Positions 8,359 to 18,953 of a stretch of 64,000 nucleotides of DNA are shown here, piece by piece. This stretch comes from a virus. The translations under genes were made by a program, and so were the position numbers. The notes under the pieces are model-generated. The model was not told the DNA's origin and searched no databases. It saw nothing but the letters and a program-made list of their open reading frames with translations. The DNA lies in IMG/VR virus record IMGVR_UViG_3300032214_000566, positions 32,881 to 96,880 of that record, one strand, 5' to 3'. The first letter of the stretch is position 1. Every line of letters begins with the position of its first letter.

Positions 8359-8964
8359 TTACCAAATGTTTTGTTCTTTCATATGTCCCAAGACACAAGT
8401 ATAAGAATCAGCCATATCAAAACATTCTTTTTTAAGGGTATTATTTTTGGTGTATAACCAATTTATTTGAGGTTCTTTATCTGAAACCCTTTTCCAAATG
8501 AGTTCTTTTTTGTCGATGTCTTTTGGTAGTCCACCAAATAGAACATATTTGTCTTTATCATTTTTTTGAATTAAGTCTGGCCAAGCAAACTTTCTTGAAT
8601 TGTATGTTGAAATATATGAAGGTATAATTCCTAATATGTCATAAATTGATTTAGTAATCATTGAATTATATCTTAATAGTACTCCAACCGTCCACACATT
8701 ATTAGAATTCAATAGTGGTTCTTCTATAACCACTTTAGTGATGCCTAAATTCCTATATCCCTCCAATTTCTCTTCAAAGGCAACAACCTTTAATAATAAC
8801 TCTTCAATTTTATCTTCAGGTTTTGGTTTAATTACCGGTGAGAAGTGAGTTAATTCTAATAATTCTTTTGTTTGAATATCAAACAAACTCCACCCAATTG
8901 TTTTAGTTGAAATATCTAATCCCAACACTTTCGGTGAGTTTTTAAAATCTTGCTTTTGTGACAT
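8359..8964 (-). CDS. ruvC: RuvC-like Holliday junction resolvase
   Basis: VLGLDISTKTIGW, VVIEEP, and C-terminal DMADS acidic motif. Confidence 0.8.
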   Translation of the reverse strand: MSQKQDFKNSPKVLGLDISTKTIGWSLFDIQTKELLELTHFSPVIKPKPEDKIEELLLKVVAFEEKLEGYRNLGITKVVIEEPLLNSNNVWTVGVLLRYNSMITKSIYDILGIIPSYISTYNSRKFAWPDLIQKNDKDKYVLFGGLPKDIDKKELIWKRVSDKEPQINWLYTKNNTLKKECFDMADSYTCVLGHMKEQNIW

Positions 8965-8970
8965 AATTAA

Positions 8971-11181
8971 TTAAAAATCCAATTTAACAGGATACTGCTG
9001 AATACCTTGTCGTTTTTCAGGTGACTGTATCTTAGATACAACCATAAGCTCTTTTTCATCGTTGTAAAGAGCAACTTCCGACACATAAGGAGCTGACCCA
9101 TCCCAAGTTGGGTTAGTAGAACTTAAAAATTGAGTTTGTCCTAAATTACACAGATAATTCATTACATAGATAGTTGCTTGTATGTCAGTTTGTATCGCAC
9201 CGTAGAAATAATATTCACCCCCAAAGTTTAGTGTCACCCCACTATTTGCCGGTGTAGGTAATGTAATATAATTATTCAAATTATATATCGAAGCATTATC
9301 ATACATATCTTTAGTGATTTGTATTGTAGTACCTGTCAAACCTGTTACAGTTAATTTACCATTTAATGTTGATGCCGATAATTGTGACATAACATCAATT
9401 TCTTTCCATAGTGTTGGATTAGGTCTTGTGGTACCACTTGATACTTTTTGAACTAATACCTTCATCTCATTCGCAGTATACCCTGTAGGTATCGTTGGGT
9501 TGCCTGACACTAAGAAAGGAAACTCACTACCAAATTTTAAAAATATATTATAGGTTGGTTGCGTAGGGTCTAAAAGACTCGGTGTTAATTTAGTATAATA
9601 ATTACAGTGTAGTGAATTAGTAAACGCGCTGTTATTGAATCTATACGTCACAAAAACGGACTCAGTATTTGCACTTAACAAACCTTCGTCTTCACCCATA
9701 ACTCCGTCACACGCATTCGGTATGATTGTACCAACTTTAGGTGCCGGTAAGGTCCATGAACGATTAGATTTATAATTCAATGCCGCAATTATTTCGTCAT
9801 CATCAAATATCACCATTTTATAATCAGGGAAAACTTTACCAACTCTACTAGGGTACCCATTACCGTTAACGTGAGTATCCCATAAATTATAATATCTTAA
9901 TCCAGGATTATTAAATTTAACATCCTTTTTAGACTGTATATAATAAGGTTGGAATAAATCAACCTGTGTAAATCCACTTGGGTCTGTGTAAAAATCTTCA
10001 CCAATAGTTGCATTAGTGTTCTTGTGCCACATCAACCAAGGAATACTTAATTTAAAGTTTCTTGCCTGTCCGGTCGCACCAGGATCAGCAGAATCATATT
10101 CTTGTTGTGCAAATTTTTCTCCATAGAAATTATCAATTGCTTGGTTAGTATAATGAATAATTGCTATAGATTTTTGGTCACTCGGACTTAATACTATATT
10201 TTGGTCCATTGAATTAGTAAAATAAACCGATCCCGTATCAACTTGACCATCATTGGATTTATACCCAAAATATTCTTTTGAACCTGTATATCCTGTTGAT
10301 TTATAATAATTATAATCTAAAACTTGGTTCGAGAAGACACCCGCCGGAGACTCAGTCCAAGGAATATTCATATTCCATACTTTAACATCCGATTGGGAGA
10401 CATCACAATTTGTTTCATAATTAAATACGTTTGTTGCCCAATACAATTGTGGTGTTACCGAATCATACAATGCGGTCATACCCGAAGGGTAGAATAAAAT
10501 ATTGGAATAACCTGAATACCCCATAGACTGGAAGTTAGGTAATTGTCTATCGACTTGTATCGTCACTGTAGATGCGGTTGATGTGTTACCCGTGATACCA
10601 ACAACGACATAAGTGAACATAGGAGCATTACCACTTAAAGGAGTGATTGAATTTGTTGTGAACAGAGTCAATATCATTCCAGGTGTTACGGTTCCAGAAA
10701 CAGAAGGGTTAATTGAATTACTACTAATCACAAATGTAGTACCTGAGCTTAATCCACTATTCGCGACATTAAAATTAGGATTAATAGTGTATGATGACGA
10801 GGTATACGCACTAAAATTAAATGTGTTTGCGGTTGACCCCGTAAAAAATCCTCTTGGTGCTGCAGAATTAAAGATATTATCAACAAAAGACGCATCATAA
10901 GGAATACCATAAGTAGTTCCTGAAGTTGAGTCTAAGAATAATGGGTATTTAACATGGTGTCTATTTTTTTCAGGTACCGGTGTTAAATTCTGAGCATTGT
11001 ATTGTGGTGACAACACGTTTAATTGTGATGGAACCATATTGTTAACACAACCATAACAAACTTCACTATCACCTATCTGAAAATATGCGATATTGAATTT
11101 TCCTTGCGACATTTTTTTTCTTGCCGCATCCGTAAGTATTGTACTTATTAATGGTCCTGTTGTTTTATTTATGTATGACAT
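8971..11181 (-). CDS. Baseplate/tail-fibre attachment protein with split DUF3751-like ends
   Basis: N-terminal ILTDAARKKM...FQIGDSE and C-terminal VSEVALYNDEKELMVVSK...VKLDF resemble the two halves of the P2 gpH-type fibre-attachment domain. Confidence 0.6.
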   Translation of the reverse strand: MSYINKTTGPLISTILTDAARKKMSQGKFNIAYFQIGDSEVCYGCVNNMVPSQLNVLSPQYNAQNLTPVPEKNRHHVKYPLFLDSTSGTTYGIPYDASFVDNIFNSAAPRGFFTGSTANTFNFSAYTSSSYTINPNFNVANSGLSSGTTFVISSNSINPSVSGTVTPGMILTLFTTNSITPLSGNAPMFTYVVVGITGNTSTASTVTIQVDRQLPNFQSMGYSGYSNILFYPSGMTALYDSVTPQLYWATNVFNYETNCDVSQSDVKVWNMNIPWTESPAGVFSNQVLDYNYYKSTGYTGSKEYFGYKSNDGQVDTGSVYFTNSMDQNIVLSPSDQKSIAIIHYTNQAIDNFYGEKFAQQEYDSADPGATGQARNFKLSIPWLMWHKNTNATIGEDFYTDPSGFTQVDLFQPYYIQSKKDVKFNNPGLRYYNLWDTHVNGNGYPSRVGKVFPDYKMVIFDDDEIIAALNYKSNRSWTLPAPKVGTIIPNACDGVMGEDEGLLSANTESVFVTYRFNNSAFTNSLHCNYYTKLTPSLLDPTQPTYNIFLKFGSEFPFLVSGNPTIPTGYTANEMKVLVQKVSSGTTRPNPTLWKEIDVMSQLSASTLNGKLTVTGLTGTTIQITKDMYDNASIYNLNNYITLPTPANSGVTLNFGGEYYFYGAIQTDIQATIYVMNYLCNLGQTQFLSSTNPTWDGSAPYVSEVALYNDEKELMVVSKIQSPEKRQGIQQYPVKLDF

Positions 11182-11209
11182 AATATATAAATATCATTTT
11201 ATTGGTTTA

Positions 11210-12835
11210 TTATCCCGTTGATTGAGTTGATGATGTCGGAGCTAAAATACCCGTCTTAGTTATACTAAATGTTATTGGCGTTACATTCACATTTAACGTC
11301 TCACAAATAGTCTGATTACTCAATGTTACATTAGTAATCGAAATAGTATTATTTATCGTACCTGTTGGTGCACAACTTGTGGATCCATTAGCCACGACTA
11401 CAGTCGAAACAACAGTCCCTTTAACCGTACCGACACCAATAATTTTAGCACTATATGTTCTTGTTATCGCACTTGTAACATAATTAGAATAATTCAATGT
11501 TGCACTACATGCGGTTGTTGTTGACGCAGATGTTGTGGATAAAGTAGTACCACTAATATATGTACCCCCTCCTGTTGTTCCCGTAGAAGACGTATTAGTT
11601 GTTGTTGCTTGGACACTTCCATTACCTCTCACAACGTTAGTTATATGTGTGATATCAAACGTCAAAGTTTTTCCAACAGGTAAAGATGGGGTTACCGATA
11701 CCTCCCACACAAAAGATTTACTTAATGTGGTATTACTATTGGTAATTACGGTACCATTAGCCGGAACTAAATTTAAATTAATACTATAATTACTAACATT
11801 TGTGAGTGATTGTAAATTCACGACATTCGCAGACACATTCCCAATAATATCTTGTACATATACGGTATATAACCCTGAAGGTAAATTTGTAAAAGTGTTC
11901 GATATTTGATAAGATGCTGAGTTATTATTTAATGCGTATTCATATGGAGGTGTACCTCCAATTACGTTAGTAACCTGTATTGTACCATTTTGTGCAACAT
12001 CACAACTAGGAACATTACTAGTTATTATTGCAGATATCGAATCTTGACAATCACCTAAACTTAAAGTTACAGGTTGGTTTGAACCGGCGACTGTCCACGC
12101 ACCAATAGGTGGGCTAACAGCCGATTGTAGAACAGGAGTACCTTGGAAATTTGGGCCCCAGTTAGTTATATTCCACATAGTTGTTCCCGTATTGAAATAT
12201 ATTGTTCTACTCGGACTTGACCCCGTCCAAGACGGATACCCATTAAAAGTCGAAGCAGAATAAAACTGATATTGCCATTGGGTGTTGTTAAAGAATGTGG
12301 TTAAACACATACCTGAAACATTTAATAATTCAGGAACCGTAGGTATACACTCTATACATGTGTCGAATGGTCCTGTTACCGTAGTTGCAGTATAATTGTA
12401 ATATGTTTGTGCCGTATATAATAACACACCGTTACTTATCCAACATCCACTTTGTAAATTTAAAGAGTATATTGTATTGGCAGAAAATTGATTCTCCATA
12501 TCCGCCAAATAATACAAGAACGAACCTGGCGACGTACAACTTTCAAACTCCTCGAGATAGAAAGTAACGTTTCCAACTGTACACGTTGTTGTTCCGGTAA
12601 AATCACCATAATAATCAACCACTGTTGCGGTATAATCACCAACTTGTAGATTAGTTAAATTTTGACTATTAGATCCATTACTCCAAGATATTGAATATGG
12701 TGGAGTTCCTCCTGTTATTACTAAACTTATTCCACCGTCGTTTGTAAATGGTGTGTAAGCATCAATTACCGAACACTCAACTCCCATCGGGAATAGAGTT
12801 ATAATTTCACATGTATTACCACTGTATGCTGGCAT
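11210..12835 (-). CDS. Virion fibre/decoration protein with SprB repeats and Cys modules
   Basis: GGISLVITGGTPPYSISWSNG...NLQVGDYTATVVD and a second GGTPPYEY...LPSGLYTVYVQD unit; Thr/Ser-rich; no signal peptide. Confidence 0.7.
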   Translation of the reverse strand: MPAYSGNTCEIITLFPMGVECSVIDAYTPFTNDGGISLVITGGTPPYSISWSNGSNSQNLTNLQVGDYTATVVDYYGDFTGTTTCTVGNVTFYLEEFESCTSPGSFLYYLADMENQFSANTIYSLNLQSGCWISNGVLLYTAQTYYNYTATTVTGPFDTCIECIPTVPELLNVSGMCLTTFFNNTQWQYQFYSASTFNGYPSWTGSSPSRTIYFNTGTTMWNITNWGPNFQGTPVLQSAVSPPIGAWTVAGSNQPVTLSLGDCQDSISAIITSNVPSCDVAQNGTIQVTNVIGGTPPYEYALNNNSASYQISNTFTNLPSGLYTVYVQDIIGNVSANVVNLQSLTNVSNYSINLNLVPANGTVITNSNTTLSKSFVWEVSVTPSLPVGKTLTFDITHITNVVRGNGSVQATTTNTSSTGTTGGGTYISGTTLSTTSASTTTACSATLNYSNYVTSAITRTYSAKIIGVGTVKGTVVSTVVVANGSTSCAPTGTINNTISITNVTLSNQTICETLNVNVTPITFSITKTGILAPTSSTQSTG

Positions 12836-12847
12836 TCTTATTAATTT

Positions 12848-13066
12848 TTAGTATACTTGGCAAAAAGTGCAACCACTTGAGCCATATAATTTTATTGCGT
12901 ATTGTGTGGCAACCTCATACACCGTTGGTAACACAAAACTGTGTGGTAATGTGTTAATCGTATCAATGTATTGACAAGACGCACTATCGTCACAACTGTC
13001 ACATATCCATAGATTTAGTGGTGTTGTTGCTCCGGTTATTGATTGTATTGTTACTTGTGTACTCAT
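12848..13066 (-). CDS. Small Cys-containing virion protein (paralog of the N-terminal domains of 18954..20192 and 22961..23239)
   Basis: Pattern ITG.T.P...ICD...C..I...IKL..S.GC shared by the three proteins. Confidence 0.65.
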   Translation of the reverse strand: MSTQVTIQSITGATTPLNLWICDSCDDSASCQYIDTINTLPHSFVLPTVYEVATQYAIKLYGSSGCTFCQVY

Positions 13067-13070
13067 ATTT

Positions 13071-14687
13071 TTAACAGTTGCCGTTTACTCTACATAAAAG
13101 TGTTATTTCACCACTCGTATCAACTTTATATACATAACCACCGTACTTGATATAATCCTCAACTATTGGTTTTGTAAGTGATGAATCTTGGTAAATAAAG
13201 ACACCATCAACTAAAGATGTACTACTAACTGAAGTGTAGAATGTTAAATCAACCCCACCGTCTGTTAATTGACAAACAGGACAGGAAACACTAAAACCAC
13301 CTTGACCATTCCAAACATTATATGATGGTGTAGGTGTTGGGGTCGGTGTTAAGCAATTTAAACAAGTACCATATGTTGTTGCGGTAGTTGCGGTAAATAT
13401 TGGTTGGTTAGACCATCTATATTCAGGAGATGGGTAATAATTCACAAAACTACCGATATATGTATAACATCCAATAGTTTGGTCTTTTATCACATCACCC
13501 ACAACAATATTACGTGGTGGGTATTCATCTTGAATTATCATCAAATTAGAATCACAAGCAGTAAATACAAATTGAGTATTAGGAGAATAAAATACTGTTG
13601 GTGTTGGTGTTGGACTTGTGGTTGGTGTTGGTGTTGGACTTGAAGTAGGTGAAGGTGTTGGTGTTGGTGTAATACAAACATTACATCCTGAATACACCTG
13701 AACAACTGAATTTAAATATCCACTAGCACTTCCTGTACTCTCACTTATATATGTCACACATTTTGGTAAATTATCTATCACCGCTTGGAATGTTGTTCCT
13801 GTATTTAAAGGAGTGGTTCCACTTATTATTGGTCCTCCAACATAGTAAAAACTTCCATCATTACAATCCTGTAAAACTTTAATTGTTGGGCAATTAAAAT
13901 TACCACTTTCAATCACAAACGTCACGGTCTCACCAGTAATTGAGTACCCATAAGCAGGTGTCGGTGTAGGGGTAGGACTTGGGGTTGGTGTTGGTGTAGT
14001 ATAGGCACTAAAGGTAATCGTTGCGGTAAATACGCAAGGGGTTGGAGTTGGTGATGGGGTAGGAGTCGGAGTTGGTGTTGAAGTTGGTGTAGGGGTAGGG
14101 GTTGGAGTATCAAAATTACAATCCAAAATAACATCGAAATCCAAACTACTACATGGATCAGGTGTCGGGGATGGTGTTATACAACTACCCGTATATTGTA
14201 TGGTTTCACTTAAATCGGGACAATATGAACTAGTTGGTTCTGAACCGAAAAAATAACAAGTTCCTGTCAATGAACTACTTAAACACCATTTAATATTATT
14301 ATAGAATATGTATCCACTAGTTGTTCCTGTCCAATATGGGTATCCATTATGTTCTCCAGCAACCACATAGTTACCACTATACCCACTGTAAGCATCATTA
14401 TTAATATCAACACAAATTTGATTACTACATGACGATCCGGTAAATGACAAACAAGTACTCGTATTACAATCTGCCTGTAACGTATAAACCCCACTAAGTG
14501 AAATAAATTGTATTGGTGTAAATCCTGTGGTATAAGCGGAAACTATTTCATAACATCCGTCAGGAACAACTGAGTCACCTGAGAATGAGAATACAGACCC
14601 AACCGATGAGGTGTATGCCCAACTAGCACCTGTATAGGTATATTGGTAAGCGGGGTAATTACAACCTTCAAATAATATATTTGCCAT
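13071..14687 (-). CDS. Cys-rich modular virion protein with (Thr-Pro)n linkers
   Basis: About 26 Cys in 538 aa; several TPTPTP tracts separating small domains. Confidence 0.7.
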   Translation of the reverse strand: MANILFEGCNYPAYQYTYTGASWAYTSSVGSVFSFSGDSVVPDGCYEIVSAYTTGFTPIQFISLSGVYTLQADCNTSTCLSFTGSSCSNQICVDINNDAYSGYSGNYVVAGEHNGYPYWTGTTSGYIFYNNIKWCLSSSLTGTCYFFGSEPTSSYCPDLSETIQYTGSCITPSPTPDPCSSLDFDVILDCNFDTPTPTPTPTSTPTPTPTPSPTPTPCVFTATITFSAYTTPTPTPSPTPTPTPAYGYSITGETVTFVIESGNFNCPTIKVLQDCNDGSFYYVGGPIISGTTPLNTGTTFQAVIDNLPKCVTYISESTGSASGYLNSVVQVYSGCNVCITPTPTPSPTSSPTPTPTTSPTPTPTVFYSPNTQFVFTACDSNLMIIQDEYPPRNIVVGDVIKDQTIGCYTYIGSFVNYYPSPEYRWSNQPIFTATTATTYGTCLNCLTPTPTPTPSYNVWNGQGGFSVSCPVCQLTDGGVDLTFYTSVSSTSLVDGVFIYQDSSLTKPIVEDYIKYGGYVYKVDTSGEITLLCRVNGNC

Positions 14688-14742
14688 GTAGGATTAACTT
14701 TATTATATAAATAATCAATTATTCATTTTATTAAATAATTTA

Positions 14743-15540
14743 TCATAAGAATAACTCAATATATTCTCTCCACTCACACTTTATTAAATTATATAACTCA
14801 GGTTGTTTAGTATATGTAAAATCAAACATCTTTTCATCGCTACCAACATAACCATTTGAAATGGCGTCAAGTGTTACATTTTTGAATGTTTCACATACTT
14901 CTATGACCCTATGTTTTGGTACGAATAATGACCCTCCTTGTATGAATCTTGTTTGTGACAATGCGTGGAATTCCGCATCCTCGAATCTTACGTAATCGTG
15001 ATGAGAGAAAAACGTAACTTTATCATTGTCTAACGAATTAATCTTATCTAAATTTGGCCATTTTACATTTTTTTTAGGGTGGTCATCTCTAATCACACCT
15101 GCATCCGCCCAAACATATAAATCAGCATCAAATAACCCCTTTTTAAATGAATCCAAAATATAAAATAACTTACTAAACATCACAACATTATATAATGGTT
15201 TAATCATTTCTGGTACGTCAAAATGTATTTTCTTTTTAAATTCATCACTAGACATTAATTTATCCAATGGTTCAAAAAATGTTTTATACCCCTCTATTTC
15301 TTCTAATGGTTGTACAATCATAATCGTCTTTTCTAAATTGGGGTCAACCTCTTTTCTGAATTCTAAAATTTGTTCTTTAAATTTTTCTTCTGTATAGATT
15401 ATTAGATTAGTATCTAAAAATAGAATACTCCTCATCCACCAAATATATGTGTGGTATGACATCGTGTAATTGTCCCATTTATCTCTACCTATATCAAATA
15501 GTGCTGTTACTATTGCTGTTTTTTTTATATCCATTCCCAA
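14743..15540 (-). CDS. HtrL/YibB (WlaTC-like) family putative glycosyltransferase
   Basis: TAIVTALFDIGR, YNVVMFSK, YVWADAG, FIQGG and VGSDE motifs typical of HtrL_YibB. Confidence 0.72.
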   Translation of the reverse strand: MGMDIKKTAIVTALFDIGRDKWDNYTMSYHTYIWWMRSILFLDTNLIIYTEEKFKEQILEFRKEVDPNLEKTIMIVQPLEEIEGYKTFFEPLDKLMSSDEFKKKIHFDVPEMIKPLYNVVMFSKLFYILDSFKKGLFDADLYVWADAGVIRDDHPKKNVKWPNLDKINSLDNDKVTFFSHHDYVRFEDAEFHALSQTRFIQGGSLFVPKHRVIEVCETFKNVTLDAISNGYVGSDEKMFDFTYTKQPELYNLIKCEWREYIELFL

Positions 15541-16271
15541 TTTATTTTCATATGTTTATGTTGTATATCCACTTGATTAACGTCGAATAAATCTGAAGTA
15601 TTATCAGATTTAATTAACGTATTAAGTTTAAATCCGTACTTATTTAACATTGTCGGCACAAAACCCTCAGAGTAACCATGTAACCCTTGTTCGTGTATCT
15701 CTAATAGTTTTTTCATCGCTTTATTTGAAAATCTATTAGTTGGGAAAAATGAACCGAATTTTTCATTTACATCTTCAGGTAATAAATCCCCATCACCAGG
15801 AAATCTTTCAAACCACATATGTTGTGATGTTGTTCTATTATCCAATTTTGGTATATTTTCTTGGGAAATAACATTTTCATTTTTAAAAATAAAGTACCCT
15901 AAGAAATCCGAGTCGTCCTTATCGGTACCTTCAAAAAATAAATTCCAATCTTTCATTTTCACATCATCATCAAAAAACCAATAGTAATCGTAATTTGGGT
16001 GGTCAATATAAAAATTTAACATCCTAAGGTGAGCATAAAACCATATAATATTTCTATTCCCGTAAGAGTTCCAATAATGTTTTTTACTAACATCACCATA
16101 AAATTTTAATCTATCTCTTAATTCTTTTTCGGTATATGTAAAACCAAGATTAAATGTCGAATCTTTACTGATATCCGAAATCCAAGTTATTTCTTTTGGG
16201 AAGTTTCTCCAATGGTTTGCATACGCAGGGTACACATCAGGTGTTGTACAAACACAATAAACACTATTCAT
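15525..16271 (-). CDS. GT-A fold glycosyltransferase-like protein
   Basis: HPNYDYYWFFDDDV (DxD after a hydrophobic strand), RFSNKA, SEGFVPT. Confidence 0.62.
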   Translation of the reverse strand: MNSVYCVCTTPDVYPAYANHWRNFPKEITWISDISKDSTFNLGFTYTEKELRDRLKFYGDVSKKHYWNSYGNRNIIWFYAHLRMLNFYIDHPNYDYYWFFDDDVKMKDWNLFFEGTDKDDSDFLGYFIFKNENVISQENIPKLDNRTTSQHMWFERFPGDGDLLPEDVNEKFGSFFPTNRFSNKAMKKLLEIHEQGLHGYSEGFVPTMLNKYGFKLNTLIKSDNTSDLFDVNQVDIQHKHMKINWEWI

Positions 16272-17082
16272 ATTCTTTTGTTATAATTTCATTCCATTCA
16301 GGGATTCTATTGAATTGGTGAACAATATCATAAACTTCTCCCTTATGATTGTAAAGTTTATTATCTTTAAGATAGGGTATACCCCCGTATCTATTTGTTA
16401 ATGTATTTTTAAATCCCCATGATTCAAAAAATTGTGTCGGTCCCCCAACTGCACAATGTAATGTCCAACCCTCATCAAAAGAGAAAATTTTCAATCTATC
16501 AATCTCATTTTTTGCAATCATTATTATCAAAGCAGCTTGGTCTTTTATGTTGTGGGAGTTATTACTATTCTCACACATATCATTTAATTTAGTATACACC
16601 TTTATTAAAGATTCTTTTCTACCACCAATAACTCCTGAACATATAATGTCATGAGTTCTACAAATTTCTAAATCTTCAGGAAAAACTTTAGCAATTACAT
16701 CACCATTCCATGGTTCTTCATTTATTCTTAATCCTTCAGACCCGACAAATACATCATACTCATCTTCCATTTTAATAAACGGGTCCGATTGGAACGCAAC
16801 ATCAAATACGTCAGTTACCATAAATAAATCGTAATCTGATTCTGTAATAAAATCTAATGTGTGTTTAAGTCTTTTGTTATTAATATACCACGTATCTTCA
16901 ACCGTTACCGGAATTGGTATTATACCCAATTCGTGACATATTTGTATTTCATCGTCATTAGTATTGGCACAAAGTAAAACAACGTCCCCATTAGTGTGTT
17001 TTTTAAAACTATGTGACCACACTTTAATTTTATTTATATTCTTACTTATATTGTTAGATAACCCAACTAAAACTTTTTTCAT
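16264..17082 (-). CDS. GT-A fold glycosyltransferase-like protein
   Basis: MVTDVFDVAFQSDPF, ICSGVIGG, DQAAL and IVHQFNR motifs as seen in viral glycosyltransferases. Confidence 0.68.
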   Translation of the reverse strand: MKKVLVGLSNNISKNINKIKVWSHSFKKHTNGDVVLLCANTNDDEIQICHELGIIPIPVTVEDTWYINNKRLKHTLDFITESDYDLFMVTDVFDVAFQSDPFIKMEDEYDVFVGSEGLRINEEPWNGDVIAKVFPEDLEICRTHDIICSGVIGGRKESLIKVYTKLNDMCENSNNSHNIKDQAALIIMIAKNEIDRLKIFSFDEGWTLHCAVGGPTQFFESWGFKNTLTNRYGGIPYLKDNKLYNHKGEVYDIVHQFNRIPEWNEIITKEYE

Positions 17083-17085
17083 ATT

Positions 17086-17658
17086 TTAACAATTATAAAG
17101 AGTTATCTCCATTTCCTCATTGAATCCGAAAATACTTGGCCATAAGTACTCTATCATCCAGTTATTGTGTGAAACAATTTCTGTGGTGGTTATCGTACTT
17201 TGTAGTTTTTCGTAAAATTCTTTAGGATTTTTAAGTATTAATTCTTTAGCTAATATTGATTGTGTACCTGCAATAAATTTTATAGGCATCGTAATTTCAA
17301 TATTATTCGCCTTAGCGTATTCAATAGATTGGTTAATAATATCGTCACCATCTCTTACATATGTAATACCCAAAGGATAATATTTTAACTGACTATTAAA
17401 ATTATTTACCTTATCTAAAAATGAAGGACAATGGTCAAAGGGGTTATCTTGAGTGAAACAAACAAAATCAGGTAGGTTATCATAATTTCTTATTATATAA
17501 TCAAAATAAACAATAGCATCATAACCAACATTAGGAAAATTCAATTCGAACTTATCGTTGTTTTTAGGGTTTTTATTATATACAATGTATGGGTAATTTA
17601 AATTTTTAGTCCATTCCAAATCTTCTTGGAAATGACAAATAACAACAACTAAATTCAT
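17086..17658 (-). CDS. DUF3431 family protein (putative glycosyltransferase-related)
   Basis: VVICHFQEDLEW, YNK, PNVG, YIIRNYDNLPD...FTQDNPFDH. Confidence 0.72.
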   Translation of the reverse strand: MNLVVVICHFQEDLEWTKNLNYPYIVYNKNPKNNDKFELNFPNVGYDAIVYFDYIIRNYDNLPDFVCFTQDNPFDHCPSFLDKVNNFNSQLKYYPLGITYVRDGDDIINQSIEYAKANNIEITMPIKFIAGTQSILAKELILKNPKEFYEKLQSTITTTEIVSHNNWMIEYLWPSIFGFNEEMEITLYNC

Positions 17659-18908
17659 TTTTTAAATTTTTCTTCTATTTTATCACACCAACCTTTAGAA
17701 GTTGAAAAGGGCCATAAGACCCACGAGTGCGGTGTTTCCGCAGTTTGGAATGTTCTACATATTTCGATTTTGGTTCCTTCTGTTTCTAAGATCCTTTTAA
17801 TCTCATTTCCATCAGCATCTTGTCTAAAGATGGTCTCACCACCTTCTCTATGAAATGCAACCACCCAAAACTCATAATCATTTTCAGGTAATTGGTCTTT
17901 ACCCAAACTAAAACACTTAGTTACCTCTTTAGTGAAACTATCTATCCACTCCTCCTCATTTCGATAATCATAAGGGTTCGGAGGGTAGTTCTTTTGTAAA
18001 GTATAATCCTGAACTGACCTTTTTTCGAATAACAATCCTGAATAAATTTCATAGTCTCTTAAGGTTCTTTCAGTACCAAAACCATATTTACCAACATGAC
18101 CTTCTTGGTCTAAACCATCCATACCAAAAAGTTTTCTATTTAATAAGTGTGATGAATCATTTTTTAAATGCCATTCTTTGTCATCATCCCATTGTTTTGT
18201 TCTACCATTTCTAGTATATTCATGCCAAACCACAACTCTATGTGGATGAAATAAATCATATCCATGAGTGAAAGCCCTAACGGCTATTGATATCTCTTCT
18301 CCATGAAAGTAAAATTCAGGATTATGTTGTACTTCTCTTGAGAATTGACCTAATGTGAAACAAAAGTGGGCAGAATAAAATCTTGACGGTACGGGCATGT
18401 TTATTTCTTCCCAATTAGGTATCGTTTCAGGTAAGAAGAAAACCGCCCCCTCAGGTATAAATTTATCAAAAGCCATTCTCCAAGGTACTTGTACCCTTCC
18501 ATGAGGGTCATTTTGTGGATTATACGATGGTACGTAAGACGTTAATAAGGGTTTTGGAATACCCATATCTTTTAATTGGTTTAACATATTAATCAATGTT
18601 TCATCCCAATTTTTTTCAAATCTCATATGAGAGTCTATTTGAAGGGTGTACTCCTCGTCATTATATAATTGTTGTATTTGGTGTCTAGCCCAACATGCCC
18701 CCTTAGATTCTTGATGTGGGATATTAAGTACTTTAAACCTTTTGTCATCATCATATTCCGATAAATCATCGAAAGTATCGTCAGGGTGATATTGTTTTGC
18801 AATAGCAAAGACTAAATTTTCGGGGTATTTTGCATTTTCAATACAGCTCTTAATTGTTGGTTTTAATTCAGGATCACGGTACGATGCAATTTGGATAAAA
18901 ATCTTCAT
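17655..18908 (-). CDS. GT60-like polypeptide/hydroxyproline GlcNAc transferase (Pfam GlcNAc family)
   Basis: IFIQIASYRDPE, SKGACWAR, LQIDSHMRF, FHGEEISIAVRAFTHGYDLFHP, HEY: hallmark motifs of the Gnt1/GT60 family. Confidence 0.85.
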   Translation of the reverse strand: MKIFIQIASYRDPELKPTIKSCIENAKYPENLVFAIAKQYHPDDTFDDLSEYDDDKRFKVLNIPHQESKGACWARHQIQQLYNDEEYTLQIDSHMRFEKNWDETLINMLNQLKDMGIPKPLLTSYVPSYNPQNDPHGRVQVPWRMAFDKFIPEGAVFFLPETIPNWEEINMPVPSRFYSAHFCFTLGQFSREVQHNPEFYFHGEEISIAVRAFTHGYDLFHPHRVVVWHEYTRNGRTKQWDDDKEWHLKNDSSHLLNRKLFGMDGLDQEGHVGKYGFGTERTLRDYEIYSGLLFEKRSVQDYTLQKNYPPNPYDYRNEEEWIDSFTKEVTKCFSLGKDQLPENDYEFWVVAFHREGGETIFRQDADGNEIKRILETEGTKIEICRTFQTAETPHSWVLWPFSTSKGWCDKIEEKFKK

Positions 18909-18953
18909 TTTATTTTTATTTAAAAAGTAATAAAATGGTTGGTTAAATAAATA

